A stretch of DNA of 64,000 bases from Hemiscyllium ocellatum (lineage: Eukaryota): NCBI RefSeq assembly GCF_020745735.1, contig NC_083447.1:21346755-21410754 (forward strand), written 5' to 3'. Positions 35,965-47,876 of this stretch are shown here, in pieces. Positions within the stretch are counted from its first letter, which is position 1, and every line of letters starts with the position of its first letter. The notes under the pieces were generated by a model. The model worked only from the letters and a program-made list of their open reading frames with translations. It had not been told where the DNA came from and did not search any database. Position numbers and translations under genes: made by a program.

Positions 35965-36535
35965 ATGTTCTTTTTTTCGTTATTTCCCCCCACACCACCG
36001 CCTAACAGCGATAGTGTTTATTGCTCCCCAGCACCCATGTTGTGTGTGTGTAGGTGTAGGATGCAGTGAAGAACAACAAGTGTGTAAATCTTTATTTATA
36101 TTCCACCACCAGGAGATACAGTGAAAGACACAAGATGTACAACTCTTTATTCGATTTCCACCACCAGGAAGAAAGAAAACACCCAAGTGGCCAGTGACAA
36201 GCAGCGCCCATCTCAGAGAGCAATGCAGCGTGATTAAACAGTGAAGGGGAGCTCAGGGATTAAATCAAAATAGAGTTGGAGGGCGAAATGATACAGTCCA
36301 CTCCCTGTAGTGCCCACCTGTCCCTGAAAATCTCGAGGGTTTTGGTGGACACCACGTGCTCCTTCTTCAAGAATACCCGGGCTCTGACATGACCGCGGAA
36401 GAGGGGCAGGCAATAGACGATAATGACTGCCTCCACGGCCCGCTGGCTGGACCTGTTTATGGCCAGTTTGGCCAGGCCCAGGAACAGACCCACGAGGAGC
36501 TCCTCTGACCTACCCTTCCCACTCCACACCGGTCC
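35965..36535 (-). mobile_element. Tx1/L1-group LINE 3' end
   Basis: Minus ORF 36260-36529 LLVGLFLGLAKLAINRS..CLPLFRGHVRARV..EHVVS....F..RWA resembles a Tx1 ORF2 C-terminus, followed by a 3' UTR. Confidence 0.7.
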
Positions 36536-36584
36536 CTAAAGATCAGAGCGATACTTTAATTTTTTTTTCTTTAAAGAAATACCA

Positions 36585-36790
36585 GTTAGCAATTTAGCAC
36601 GGCCAATCCAGCCTAACCTGCACATCTTTGGATTGTGGGAGGAAACTGGAGTACCGGGAGGAAATCCACACAGACACAGGAGAATGTGTAAACTCTACAC
36701 AGAAAGTCACCCGAGGCAGCAATTGAATCCGTGCGCCTGGCGCTGTGAGGCAACAGTGCCAAACACTGAGCCACCTTGCCGCCCTTAAAA
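36585..36790 (-). mobile_element. HE1-like SINE
   Basis: Reverse complement of the SINE head and core (ATTTAGCACGGCCAATCC..GTGAGGCAACAGTGCCAAACACTGAGCCACC). Confidence 0.88.
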
Positions 36791-37971
36791 AATGAGCCTC
36801 ATTTTTCTCGACACTGGCAGTAACCATGATGTCTAATTATTTGACTATAATAGTAAGCAGGGAATCCTATGGCCTGTAACCTACCTCTCAAATCTAAAAA
36901 GCCAGTCCTGCATTTGCAATTTGCAAGTCACGACTGTGATTGAATCATCTTCACTTCATTGCATAAGTAAAATTCCAACAACACCGAAGTAAATGGACAC
37001 TATCCACGATATAGCAGCCTGTGTCACTGGCATCCCATTCATCATCATCAACCTTCACTCGATCCACCACTAATGCGCAGTATGCCATCTACCAGATACA
37101 GCAACTTTGTCTCGGCAAGGACAGTGCGGTGGTCACTCTTACCAAAGCTGTCAAGGGCAGATGCATCTTCATTCGGTAGTTTGATATGAATGTCGTCAGG
37201 TATGTTCTTTCCTCTAGTTGGTTCCTTCACCACCTGCAGCAGAACCAGTCTAGCGGCTATGTCCTTTAGGACCTGGCCAGCTTGATCTTACTACTGTCAA
37301 GCCACTCTTGGTAATGAGCATTGAAGTCCCTCATCCAGTTACGTTTTGTGTCCTTGTCACCATCTGTGCTTCATCATGGAGGAGTACCGACTCATCAGCA
37401 GAGGAAGGACGGTAAGAGGTAATCAGTTGCCCGTGTTTAATTTGATGTCATGAGCCTTCATGGAACCTTTTGTAGGATGTGGCTAAATTGTCAGCATTCG
37501 TTGCCCAGTTGCACTAAAACTGGGTCAGCATTGCAGAGGGCAGTTAAGAATCAACCACATGGGTATGCGCCTGAAGCCAATGTAGGCCACCCGGTCGAGG
37601 TGACAGATTCAATTCCATAAAGTATATCATTTGATGTTTCATAGTTTCATGGCCACCATTACTAAAACTACATTCAAATTCCAGGTTTATCAACTGAACT
37701 TAAATTCTACCAAATGCCCTGAGACAGACTCATCAAAGCTTCACCCTGGTCTAATGACACTGCCTCACGCCACCGCCTCAATGGAACGACAGCGACGTAT
37801 ACAGAAGGGGCGTGACTTATCAACGAGGGAGGGACTTGTTCAAGAATTGGTTTATTACCCTGACATTACATTTTTCTCGAAATCATTTAGAAGGAGATGG
37901 TTTAACCCACAATAAGTTTGGATTTTTTTTCTCGTTCTTTACCTCATGACAAGGAACGTTCACGATTCAAA

Positions 37972-38452
37972 ATGTATCTGTTATTGATCTTCACGATCGT
38001 ATTACAACGTGAGCGATTCTCGATGCAACAATTTTTTTTAGCACCCATCGTTTACCATTTCTTTCTTGTTTCGCTTTCAAATTCTTTCTTTCCTTCTCTG
38101 CTGCACTAGAACAATGTCCCTGTTTATTGATCTTTGCCTCTTCCGATTTCTTTCTCAGGCGTGAATTCCGCGACTGTCCTCCAGACTCCCTCAATTGTCT
38201 CCAAATCGATTACCGAGATAGTGGAGTTGAAATGCACGGTGGAGGGAAAGAGTACAGGTACCATGTACTGGTACAGACAAGATCCGGGGAAGGAGCTACA
38301 GCTGATGTTTTATTCTACATATGCACCCAGCGTGAATAAAGAGGGGGCGGCGGGTGATTTCACAGCCGAGCGACCGACTGGCTCCGACTTTAACCTCAAG
38401 TCTTCCAGCCTAAAGGCAAATGACTCGGCATTGTATTACTGCGCCTGGAGTG
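37972..38452 (+). CDS. TRBV: TCR V segment V5 (second subfamily), apparently functional
   Basis: Leader 37972-38008 MYLLLIFTIVLQ; V exon 38159-38452 VNSATVLQTPS..CTVEGKSTGTMYWYRQDPGKELQLMFYS..YYCAWS. Confidence 0.9.
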
Positions 38453-38491
38453 CACAGTGACTCAGAGAGAAAGAGCAGCTGAACAAAAACG
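38453..38491 (+). other. 23-RSS of V5
   Basis: CACAGTG + ACTCAGAGAGAAAGAGCAGCTGA + ACAAAAACG. Confidence 0.95.
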
Positions 38492-38859
38492 TCAAAGGCA
38501 GCACGAACAGCGGAGAATGACACTGCTCATTGCATCCTCATGTCCGTATTTACTTCTTGCATGGAGTCCCATTTAGTTAAATTATATGTGGCAAATGAGA
38601 TACATAAACATTGCCAAAGTTGAGCGAAAGTATTTGTTAATGATGCCATTAGATCTGATTGGTTATAGCCATCAGAAAATACTGAAAAGCTTCAGGATAT
38701 TTTCCTTCGTAAAGGAAAGGCTGAGGGGTGTAATATAAACTTTTAAAAGGATGAGCGATTTATCCAGTCGGCGGGGAGAGACCATGTTCAACAGCAGCAA
38801 GACGTGGACAATATCCACGCTTAGAGTAAAAAAAAGTGGGAAGTAACATTAACGTCACA

Positions 38860-39580
38860 AAGATGTCAGACAGTGACCATCTCCAATAAAACAATCCATT
38901 TACTGCCTTTGACTGTCAATGGCTTTATCATCACTGAATCCTCGATTATCAATTTACTTGGCTGAGTACGGATTAGAAACTGAACTGGACTAACCAGATA
39001 AATACAGTGACTACAATAACAGGTCAGAAGTTAGGAATCTGGCAACACTTCCTGACTCACTGAAACCTGCTCTGCAAGGCACAAGTCAAGATAGATTACT
39101 CCTGAATGGGCGCAGCTCCAAATTCACGCAAGGAGCTTGAGGCCATTCAAGACAAAGTGGGATTGATCGGCACCACATCCATAAATATTCACTCCCTCCA
39201 TTACCGAGGTTCAGCAGCAACAGTATGTGCTATCTACGCGGTGCACTGCGGAAATTTACGAACGATCCTTCGTCAGCACCTTCCAAACCCACGGCCACTT
39301 GCATCAAGAAAGACAATGGTAGCAGATAGATAGGAACACCACCAGCTCCAAGATTCCTTCCACGCCACTCATCATCCTGAATTGGAAATATATCGTCGTT
39401 CCCTCAGTATCATTGTATCAAAATATTAGAGGTCCCTATTTAACAGCATTGTGGGTCTATTACAGAATACGGACTTCCCTGAAGGCAGCTCACCACCAGC
39501 TTTTCATGGGCAACTAGGAACGGGCCAGCTAGCGACCCCACGTCCCGCAAGTGATTAAATAAAAAGTTCCCAGTTTGCAC
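38860..39580 (+). mobile_element. CR1/L2-group LINE 3' fragment (second family); paralog at ~55925-56645
   Basis: Same degenerate sequence downstream of V5 and V9 (GACCATCT..ATCACTGAATCC..GAAACTGAACTGGACT..GGCAGCTCACCAC..AATAAAAA). Confidence 0.55.
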
Positions 39581-40097
39581 GGTGTGCAAAATTGGAGACC
39601 ATCGTTAAAGGTAATGAGTAATAACTCGAATAGAAAATACAGCCGCAGTCTATTTGATAGGAGTTAATACCCTCAGTCTTGAGCCTCCTTGACAAAAGCG
39701 GGAGGAGGATGCTTGAGCCGTTCGAGTCCATTACGCAGGATCACAAGGTGTCGTCCATCCGTTTCTTTAATTGAAATATGAGGAAACTATTCAGCTTCAC
39801 CTAATCGGTCACTCATGAACAGAATAAACCATTCAGTATGGCTTCAAGGTGTAATAGGATTGTCCTTCATTGGGAATTCAGACCTGAGGAATTATGTTTC
39901 TGATTTGCAAAATAAAAGAAAGGTGTAGGGAGTGAGAATTATTCTGATTGGTTGAGCAAAGTAAGGGCGCGTCCAAAACGTCCTCACTACTTCTTTAGAA
40001 CTTCCCCAATAATATGAAGAGAACGAGGTAATCCTGACAAGACTCAAAATCTCTATTCTTCTTCCCTTCCCCTTTAAGAGGAAATTCGGAAACGAGC

Positions 40098-40510
40098 ATG
40101 ATATCTCTTCCTGCCTCTGATTTTCCTATTTCACCGTAAGTGAACCATCCAGGTATTGACTTATTAGGGAACTCTATGTTCTTTCTATTTCCCTCTGTCA
40201 GTTGCCCAAAAAGTGTCGAGCTACTGATCTCTTCCTGTCTGCCATAAGGAGAAACTCACAGACAATCGGTCAGATTTCCCTCCCTGTCTCTAGGTTTCAC
40301 GGGGACAGTATGGAGGTGCATTCTACTCTGGAAGAAGACACTTTTATTCCTGTCAGGTACTGGTACAGCGAAGCCCCGGGGAAGGAACCGCACCGAATGT
40401 TTTAAGCTATCGGTATCAGTGCAAGGAGCGGGGTCTATGGGCGGTTTCTCTGAACGAAGGACAAGGAGCTCAACATGGAGTTCTTCTCAATCGAAATGAA
40501 TTCCAAATGA
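40098..40510 (+). pseudogene. TCR V pseudogene V6
   Basis: Leader ATG-A-TATCTC..TTTCACC|GTAAG has a +1 insertion. V exon NSQTIGQ..VHST (Cys23 lost)..YWYSEAPGKEPHRMF* ends in a stop. No Cys104 or RSS. Confidence 0.85.
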
Positions 40511-41087
40511 TGCTCTACAGACGAAGCTCTTCCTTAAGCACACCGTAAACCGGTCAAGCCTACTTTGGAATTATTTCAGCCCAGTTCAAGAACTCCCATG
40601 ATGGGTATACTTTCTCTCAGCACCACATTTATCAAGCTTTCCTCAAATATGACTTCACTTCCAACAGTCTGAGTTCCAACTTTAAGTTTGTTCCACTATA
40701 TAATGGACTTCTCCTAGGAATGGAAATATTTTCGATACATAAAATACTGTGGGATGCATTTTCCAAGTTTGATCAGCCTCAATATTCCATATTGAAGATT
40801 AGAGAAAGGGATGTTTATGCTGCCAATTCTATGATTTCCAATGCAAGTCCCGCTATTATTCTGGGTAGTTTCGAACCCTCCACAGTTTTCTCCTTAACCC
40901 ATTTCCTCCACTTGCCTTTGAATCTTCCTGCTCCTCAGATCTCTCCCTCATCCAATCAGAGATTTGTGAGGCGGGGCTGGTAAGCTGAGGTTTGGAGCTG
41001 CGTTAAATACCCTGAGCTGAGGGGCACTGTATTTTTAATGTCTCACCAGTGATAGAGATTGTTTAAAAGAGAACATTACAGTGGAAG

Positions 41088-41620
41088 ATGCATCTGTTCC
41101 TCGCTCTGTTGATCACCTTTTACTGTAAGGGTCTTTATAAATAAAGAAATCTTGAATATAATTACCTTTCTGTTTGCTAACATTCAAAGCAATCCCTCTT
41201 TCGCTGCCCTTTCAATTTAACGAATTGATTTCATTTTTTTGGGTATATTTTCTTCTTTCATTCGTTCTCCACGTCCCAAGTGTCTGAATTTTCTGATCTC
41301 TTTCTTTCCCCATGCTTTCCTCAGGTGTGAAATCGCAAACTGTCAATCAGTATCCTGCCGCAATTTCCAAACTTCATGGACAGACAGCGGAACTACAATG
41401 TACGGTGGAGGGAGCAAGTAGCCTTCGTAGGTACTGGTACAGGCAAGCGCCAGGGAAGGAGCTGCTGCTGATGTTTTCCTCTATGGTTGCACAAGGTGTG
41501 ACTGAAGAGGCGGCCGCTGACGGTTTCACCGCCGAGCGACCCAGTGACTTGATGTTTATCCTAAAGTCCCCCAGCCTGCAGGCGAATCACTCGGCTGTTT
41601 ATTACTGCGCCTGTAGTCTT
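41088..41620 (+). CDS. TRBV: TCR V segment V7: open reading frame but no recognisable RSS (ORF/pseudogene)
   Basis: Leader 41088-41124 MHLFLALLITFY; V exon 41325-41620 VKSQTVNQYPAA..CTVEGASSLRRYWYRQAPGK..YYCACSL; followed by AATGTGAC instead of CACAGTG, and no nonamer. Confidence 0.82.
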
Positions 41621-42343
41621 AATGTGACATTCCTTACCCACAGCAGAGCTAGATTTAACCGGGGAAGCTGGATAAATAAATATGGAAGAAAGACAGAAGA
41701 ATATCTTGATGGAGTGAGATGAAATAGTACTGGGATGAGGAGGGTTGCGAAGCATGAACTGCATTGAAAGGCTTCTTTCTGCGATAAGCATTCGATGATT
41801 TTAGAATGGGAAGCAGAAATAACATTATTGTGGATTGTGCGACTGACTCCTGGGCCAAGGAAACACACGTGTTACTACAGGAATAAAAGGGTCCTCTGTA
41901 CACTTTGCCCCGGAATTGTTTTAAGCCTGGAGTTAGGTAAAATGCATTTTAGCAAGAATGTAAAGATTGCACGAAGTATTTACACATTGGAATAACAAAA
42001 CGATCTGTTAAGCATCAAAGGAAAACAGAAATAAACAATGAAAGACTGAAAGAAAGAATCAATGAAATATAGGTATAACAATGGAACGTTAACGACAAGC
42101 TGGCAAGCAATAAAGGAAATCTGGAACCAGGTAGCTCGTCAATGTCTGAAACACGTCTGAAAGGAACCAGAGGTAGTTATTCATTTACTCAGTGCTAGAC
42201 CAGAATATTCCAGAAGAGCAGGAGGTGTCCCATAATGCACTAGCCGAGACTATTACACGTTAAGAACAACAATCCATTAAGCCACTCTATAAGTCACTAT
42301 AAAATCCATGACTCACTAAAGTGACTCACTAAAGTCACTTTGT

Positions 42344-42660
42344 GGGCGGCACGGTGGCACAGTGGTTAGCACTGCTGCCTCACAGCGCCTGAGACCCGGG
42401 TTCAATTCCCGGCTCAGGCGACTGACTGTGTGGAGTTTGCACGTTCTCCCCGTGTCTGCGTGGGTTTCCTCCGTGACTGCTCCGGTTTCCTCCCACAGTC
42501 ACAAAGATGTGCGGGTCAGGTGAATTGGCCATGCTAAATTGCCCGTAGTGTTAGGTAGGGGTAAATGTAGGGGTATGGGTGGGTTGCGCTTCGGCGGGTC
42601 GGTGTGGACTTGTTGGGCCGAAGGGCCTGTTTCCACACTGTAAGTCTAATCTAATCTAAA
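42344..42660 (+). mobile_element. Young full-length HE1-like SINE
   Basis: A box TGGCACAGTGG, B box GGTTCAATTCC, many intact CpGs, 3' tail (TCTAA)3. Confidence 0.95.
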
Positions 42661-44676
42661 ATCGGAGGACGCCGGTCAAAGCCCTTTGCAATGGAACGCA
42701 TGAAATCTATCACCCCTTGTAATATTTTACACAGGAACAGGAGGTGGTCATGCAGAAATAATTAATTGGCAATGCATATGTGTTTCATCGACAATACAGA
42801 TGTGTTTGATTGCAGCTCTAATCAGAAAATATTAAACGGAACAATTCAGGGGCTTTTGTGGCACAATGGTGGTGCCACTACCTTTGTAACACAAGGTCTG
42901 GGTTCGAATCCTACTTGCGCAAGAGGTGTATCATAACACCTCTGAGCAGGTTGGTTGAAAGTACAGAAAGCTGTATATCCTACTATGAAATATATTTGGG
43001 GTTCTTATGATCCACTGGTTGTGCCCTTAGCTCCTTGACAGGAGGCTGGGGTTCAAACGCCACTTTTCATACTAGATGCATGTAACCGCATCTTGGAACA
43101 GATTGACTAGGAAATATCTATATCAGGTAGCCAAATGCACTGAGAGAATACATAGAACTCCTGCTGGTACCAAAACTGAGACGAAACAGAAGGTTGCCTC
43201 ATGCTGTTATATGAATTCTAGTCCACAAAGAGAACACTTGGAAACAAACAGCCATATTAACTTTGATTGATCAAAGGATTTATCCAAAACTTTTCCACGA
43301 TAACTTTCAGGTTTTCTTCAATAATTTGGAAAGAATGGTTTGCCCCCTGATAGGGTTCCATGATACTATTTTCCACATTTCTGTAATAAGTAATGACATT
43401 AATGAAATATCTCGAAGGATTATTTAATCATTTTGCATGCAATAATTTTTGTTGCTGAGAATTTGACTTTGGTTTTCCCTTTTCGTCATTGCCCTGAATG
43501 TCCTCATTTACTGACCTTTCTATCTTCCTGTCAGTAAAGGAGGTGAATAAACTTCATCCAATTCTGCTCAAATGTCTCTGCTGGAGGAAAACTGGCACAA
43601 ACTAATGGTTTAACCCTTTAAGTCCTAAAATTATCCTGTTGGATGTCGCTTCCATTTTCTCTAGAAAAGAAAACTTATTCTGAAAATGTTTCAGATGGAA
43701 TCTTCTCAGGGTGCATGAGCTCTTCGACTTTATATTTCAATTCGCATTAAGTAAAGACAAACATTCAATTTTGTAGTTATTGATTTGTGTCAAGCTGGTC
43801 AATGAAATCACTTTGCAGACCAATAGTTCCTTGCTGTTCACCAATTAGAAAATATTCTAATCTTGCTTGAAGTGGCCGAAAGTGGGTGACCTTAGATTAT
43901 AAAATCATAAGAAATAGGCACAGGGATAGGTTATTCAGCCCTTCGAGTCGGTTTCAACATTCAATAGCATCTGGGCTGAAACAACTTTCCTCATGTACAC
44001 TTTCCTGGGTTTTCCTAATAGTCTTGACTGTACTCCCGACCAAAAAACTACGCATCTGTGGATTAAATGTACACAATAAACACTGCCTCTACAGCTCACT
44101 GTGGCGAGGAGTGAAAAAAGACTCACAAATCTTGAGAGAGAAATTCTTCCTCACCACAGTCTTAAATTGGGGGCCCTTTATGCTGAGGCGATGTCCTCTG
44201 CACCTGCAATCTCTCATAATGGCAAACATCCTCTCAGCACTCACCGTTAAGAATCCTATATGCTATAATGAGATTGACCCACATTAAAGTGTATCTGCTA
44301 CAGTTTTGCCCATTTCATTTTTCTATGGTCCCTTTTTAACCTTTTGTGTTTATCAGCTACAGTTTTCGATATTTAATCTATGCTAGAGACTTTATTACTT
44401 AACTCCAGAGTAGGGGGTCTCCAACCCAGGCCTCTAGCTGAGAGGCAGGGGTACTAGTATTTTGCCACAACATCTCCTGGTTCCGGTTTTAAAACAAGTC
44501 TCGAAGAGGGGGCGTGGCTTCTCCTCAGCGAGGGAGGAACATATTGACACTTGCATCATTACTTGGGGACCTTCATGTCTCCTTAATTGCTTTGAAAGGA
44601 GATGATTTAAAGTACAGCAAATCTTGACCGTTTTAATCGTTTATCTCCCTGTTGGTAGAAAATATCGAAGTTGAAG

Positions 44677-45138
44677 ATGTACCAGTTGCTGACTCTCACG
44701 ATAATATTACAATGTGAGTGATTTGTGAAGCAACGATTTTTGCTATCGCCGACCCTTTATCATGTCTTTTGTTATAATTTCTTTCGTATTTTCTTTGCTT
44801 CTCTGTCCCTGTTTGTGACCCCTTCCTCTTGCGATTTCTTTCTCAGACGTGAACTGCGCGACTGTTCGCCAGACTCCCCGAATTGTTTCCAAACTCGGAG
44901 AGGAAGTGGAACTGAAATGCACAGTGGAGGGGCAGAGTACGGGTACCATGTACTGGTACAGACAAAACCAGGGAAAGGAGCCGCAGCTGATGTTTTATTC
45001 TGCAGCTGCACCCAGCATGACTGCAGAGGGAGAGACGGATGGTTTCACCGCCAAGAGAGCGAGTGGCTCTGACTTCAACCTAAAGACCCCCAGCCTCCGA
45101 GCTAATCACTCCGCCGTGTATTACTGTGCCTGGAGTTT
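44677..45138 (+). CDS. TRBV: TCR V segment V8 (V5/V9 subfamily), apparently functional
   Basis: Leader 44677-44713 MYQLLTLTIILQ; V exon 44847-45138 VNCATVRQTPR..CTVEGQSTGTMYWYRQNQGK..YYCAWS. FR1 is one codon shorter than in V5. Confidence 0.9.
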
Positions 45139-45177
45139 CACAGTGGCTCAGAGAAGGGGAGCAGTTCAACAAAAACC
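45139..45177 (+). other. 23-RSS of V8
   Basis: CACAGTG + GCTCAGAGAAGGGGAGCAGTTCA + ACAAAAACC. Confidence 0.97.
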
Positions 45178-46289
45178 CTAAAGGCTGCAAGAAGCAGCTG
45201 TAAACGGCCAGGTCAGGCGATGCTACAGCATGTTTCGCCGAAAACTTGCTCGTAAAAACAAATAGGTTAGTAGAGCAGTAAGAAATCGGACAGTGAATGA
45301 ACCTAAACAGACATTTATAAGAATAATATCAGGACTGAAAAGTTGCGATTGGCTGGAAAGAAATCGTTCGAAAGGAAAAAGAAATGACTTAAGCAGTCAG
45401 TTGCCCATAATGGAGACCTGAAATAAAACAAACAAAAAATCCAGAAAGTGCTGCAGAACCACAGGCAGGTTTGGCAGCAACTTTGGGAAAAGAAACAGTT
45501 AAATTTCGAGTCCAGTATAATCTTCCCCAGGGACACCAGCCATTCTTTACGGAAAAAAGACTTCGTTCTTGCACTGCCTCTGCGCTGTTTTTCTACAAGA
45601 ACAGCAGAGGGAGGTGTAAGATAAGATCATAAGACACGTCTATATAACCATGAAGTGGATTAAGAGGAGGCTATTCAGCCGAGCAAGCGGGTGAGCCACG
45701 AATAGGCAAAGGATATTCAATTCCTTGGTTCCATGACAATGGAGAGGAGGTGGCCATTCAGCTCCACAGCAGTCTGTCTCACATAAATTGCAGGAAACCA
45801 CTTAATCCAGAGTTACTGGCTATTCAATCTTTAAACCTGTTGGAAGGGGGGCGGGAAATGACTATTTTGTCCAGAACTTCTGCTTTGGAATCAGGCTGTT
45901 CTTCAACATTAAATCTATTGCTCTCAATCCATTCATATACTCACCCGCAAGCAGCTATGAACACGTGATGCAGGCTGGAATTAAGCCTTGGAGGGTCTAA
46001 GTTTCAGTCCATTTTTAAAGGCTTTTTGCCCCTTGATTTTGCCTCTATCACAGCAGCGGAAATAGTTTTTCTCAATTTTATCTCCCAACACCCATGGCCA
46101 ATAACTTGATCAGCTCACCACTATATCTTTTATATTCAAAAGAAGGGAACCTATGTCAATGGATCATATGTTCTCAGTTTACACACCAATCACACTCTGC
46201 ATAATCTGTATTGCACCCCATCTAAGTCCAAGTACAATATAGATTTAAGTGAAGTTAGTCCATACATTTGACAAATAAAGAACAAAGAG

Positions 46290-47454
46290 CAATAGAGTAC
46301 AGGAAGAGATTCTTCAGCCCACCAAGTCTGCACTAACACAATGCCTTTCTAAGCTAAAAACATTTTGTGTATGTGCATTCCATAATTCTCCATTTCCTGA
46401 CTGTTCATATATCTGAAAATATGCCTTGTAAACATTGCTATTGTATCTTCCCCCACGATTTCATCTGGCTGGGCATTCTGGACATTTACCACACTCTGTG
46501 TAAAAAAAAGTGCCTCTCACATCTCCTTTAAACTTACCCTTTTTACCTTCAACTTATGTCCCTAATAATTGATTTTTTCTGCTCTGGCAAAAAAGATTGC
46601 AGCTCTCCATTCAATCCATGTGTCAGGTAATTTTGTAAACTTCTGTCAGGCCACTACTTAACTTCGACATTCAAGGGAGAGCAAATCAAGTTTGCCCAAA
46701 CTCTTGTCATATCTAGTGCACTCCAAACCATCTCTGTACCTTCTCCAAAGTTTTCACATCTTCTGTTAGTGTGGCGACTAGAACTGTACATAATATTCCA
46801 AATGTTGCCTAACTAAGTTCTATACAGCTGCAACATAACTTGCTAATTTTTATACTCCATGTCCCAACTGATCAAGGAAAGCATGCCATTTCCATTCTTG
46901 ACCATATTATCCATTTAAATAGCCAGTTTCAGGGAACTGTTCACCTGCATGCCCAGATCCCTCTGTATGTTAATTCTACTGAGAGTTCTCTCGTGCATTA
47001 GGTCTTCCATAATGAATTATCTTACATTTTGTTTGTGATTAAACTCCAAATGCCATTTCTCTGCCTAAGTCTCCAGCCTATCCGTATCTTGCTGCATCCT
47101 TTGGAATCCTCTTCACTGTCCATATCTTCCTAATATTTGTCCATTCGCCACTTTACTGATCCGTCCACTTACATTCCTTTCTGAATTTATGTATATTACA
47201 ATTAACAGGGGTCCCAACACTGATCTCTGCAGAAAATCACTGGTCCCAGATGTCCAATCTGAAATAATATCCTTCCACTGCTTTTCTCTGTGTTCTATGA
47301 CTAAGCCAGTTTTGTATCTATCTTACAGCTTACTGCAGATCCTATACGACTTCACCTTTTGTATCAACATGCCCTGAAGTCATTTGTCAAGGGCCTTGCT
47401 AAAATCGATATGACAACATCTGCAGCCCTCCTCATCAGTCAACGTATTACAACA
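46290..47454 (-). mobile_element. Old CR1 LINE fragment (RT C-terminus and 3' end); host of later insertions
   Basis: Reverse complement of RT motifs (TTTGTCAAGGGCCTTGCTAAAATC = DFSKALDK; GGTCCCAACACTGATCTCTG = QRSVLGP). Confidence 0.8.
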
Positions 47455-47686
47455 CAAGTTGAAAAATACGATGCTGGAAAAACACAGCAGGCCAGGCAGC
47501 ATCCGAGGAGCAGAAGAATCGACGTTTGGGCATAAGCCCTTCTTCAGGAATGTTCTTCCTGAAGAAGGGCTTATGCCCGAAACGTTGATTCTCCTGCTCC
47601 TCGGATGCTGCCTGGCCTGCTGGGTTTTTCCAGCATCACATTTTTCAACTCTAGTCTCCAGCATCTGCAGTCCTCACTTTCTCCTA
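47455..47686. mobile_element. Short Penelope-derived inverted-repeat element with an 11-bp TSD and hammerhead-like cores
   Basis: TSD GTATTACAACA at 47444-54 and 47687-97; arms of about 93 bp (47458-47550 and 47556-47649) around a 5-nt loop; CTGAAGA-A-GGGC-TTAT-GCCC-GAAAC-GTT at 47559-47586. Confidence 0.88.
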
Positions 47687-47876
47687 GTATTACAACATTA
47701 ACCAACATATCCGAAGATGGCGGCGACCCAGCAAGACTGAGTCCACAGTGCTCTACCCAAAACTTGGGAAAAGTGGGCTATCCACCCCCACCACACTCAC
47801 TAAACCATTTATAATAGTTGTTAACCTTAAATAGTTACCTATTAGTACATTTAAATAGTCTAATACTAGCTGGAAA

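Noticed and set aside
42860-43130. tRNA gene candidates (A-box TGGCACAATGG and B-box GGTTCGAATCC)
   Set aside because: No cloverleaf or acceptor stem could be built; more likely degenerate tRNA-derived SINE heads.
44920-44947. Internal CACAGTG in V8 FR1 with a possible 12-bp spacer and ACGGGTACC
   Set aside because: It arises from Cys-Thr-Val codons, and the putative nonamer lacks the essential A tract.
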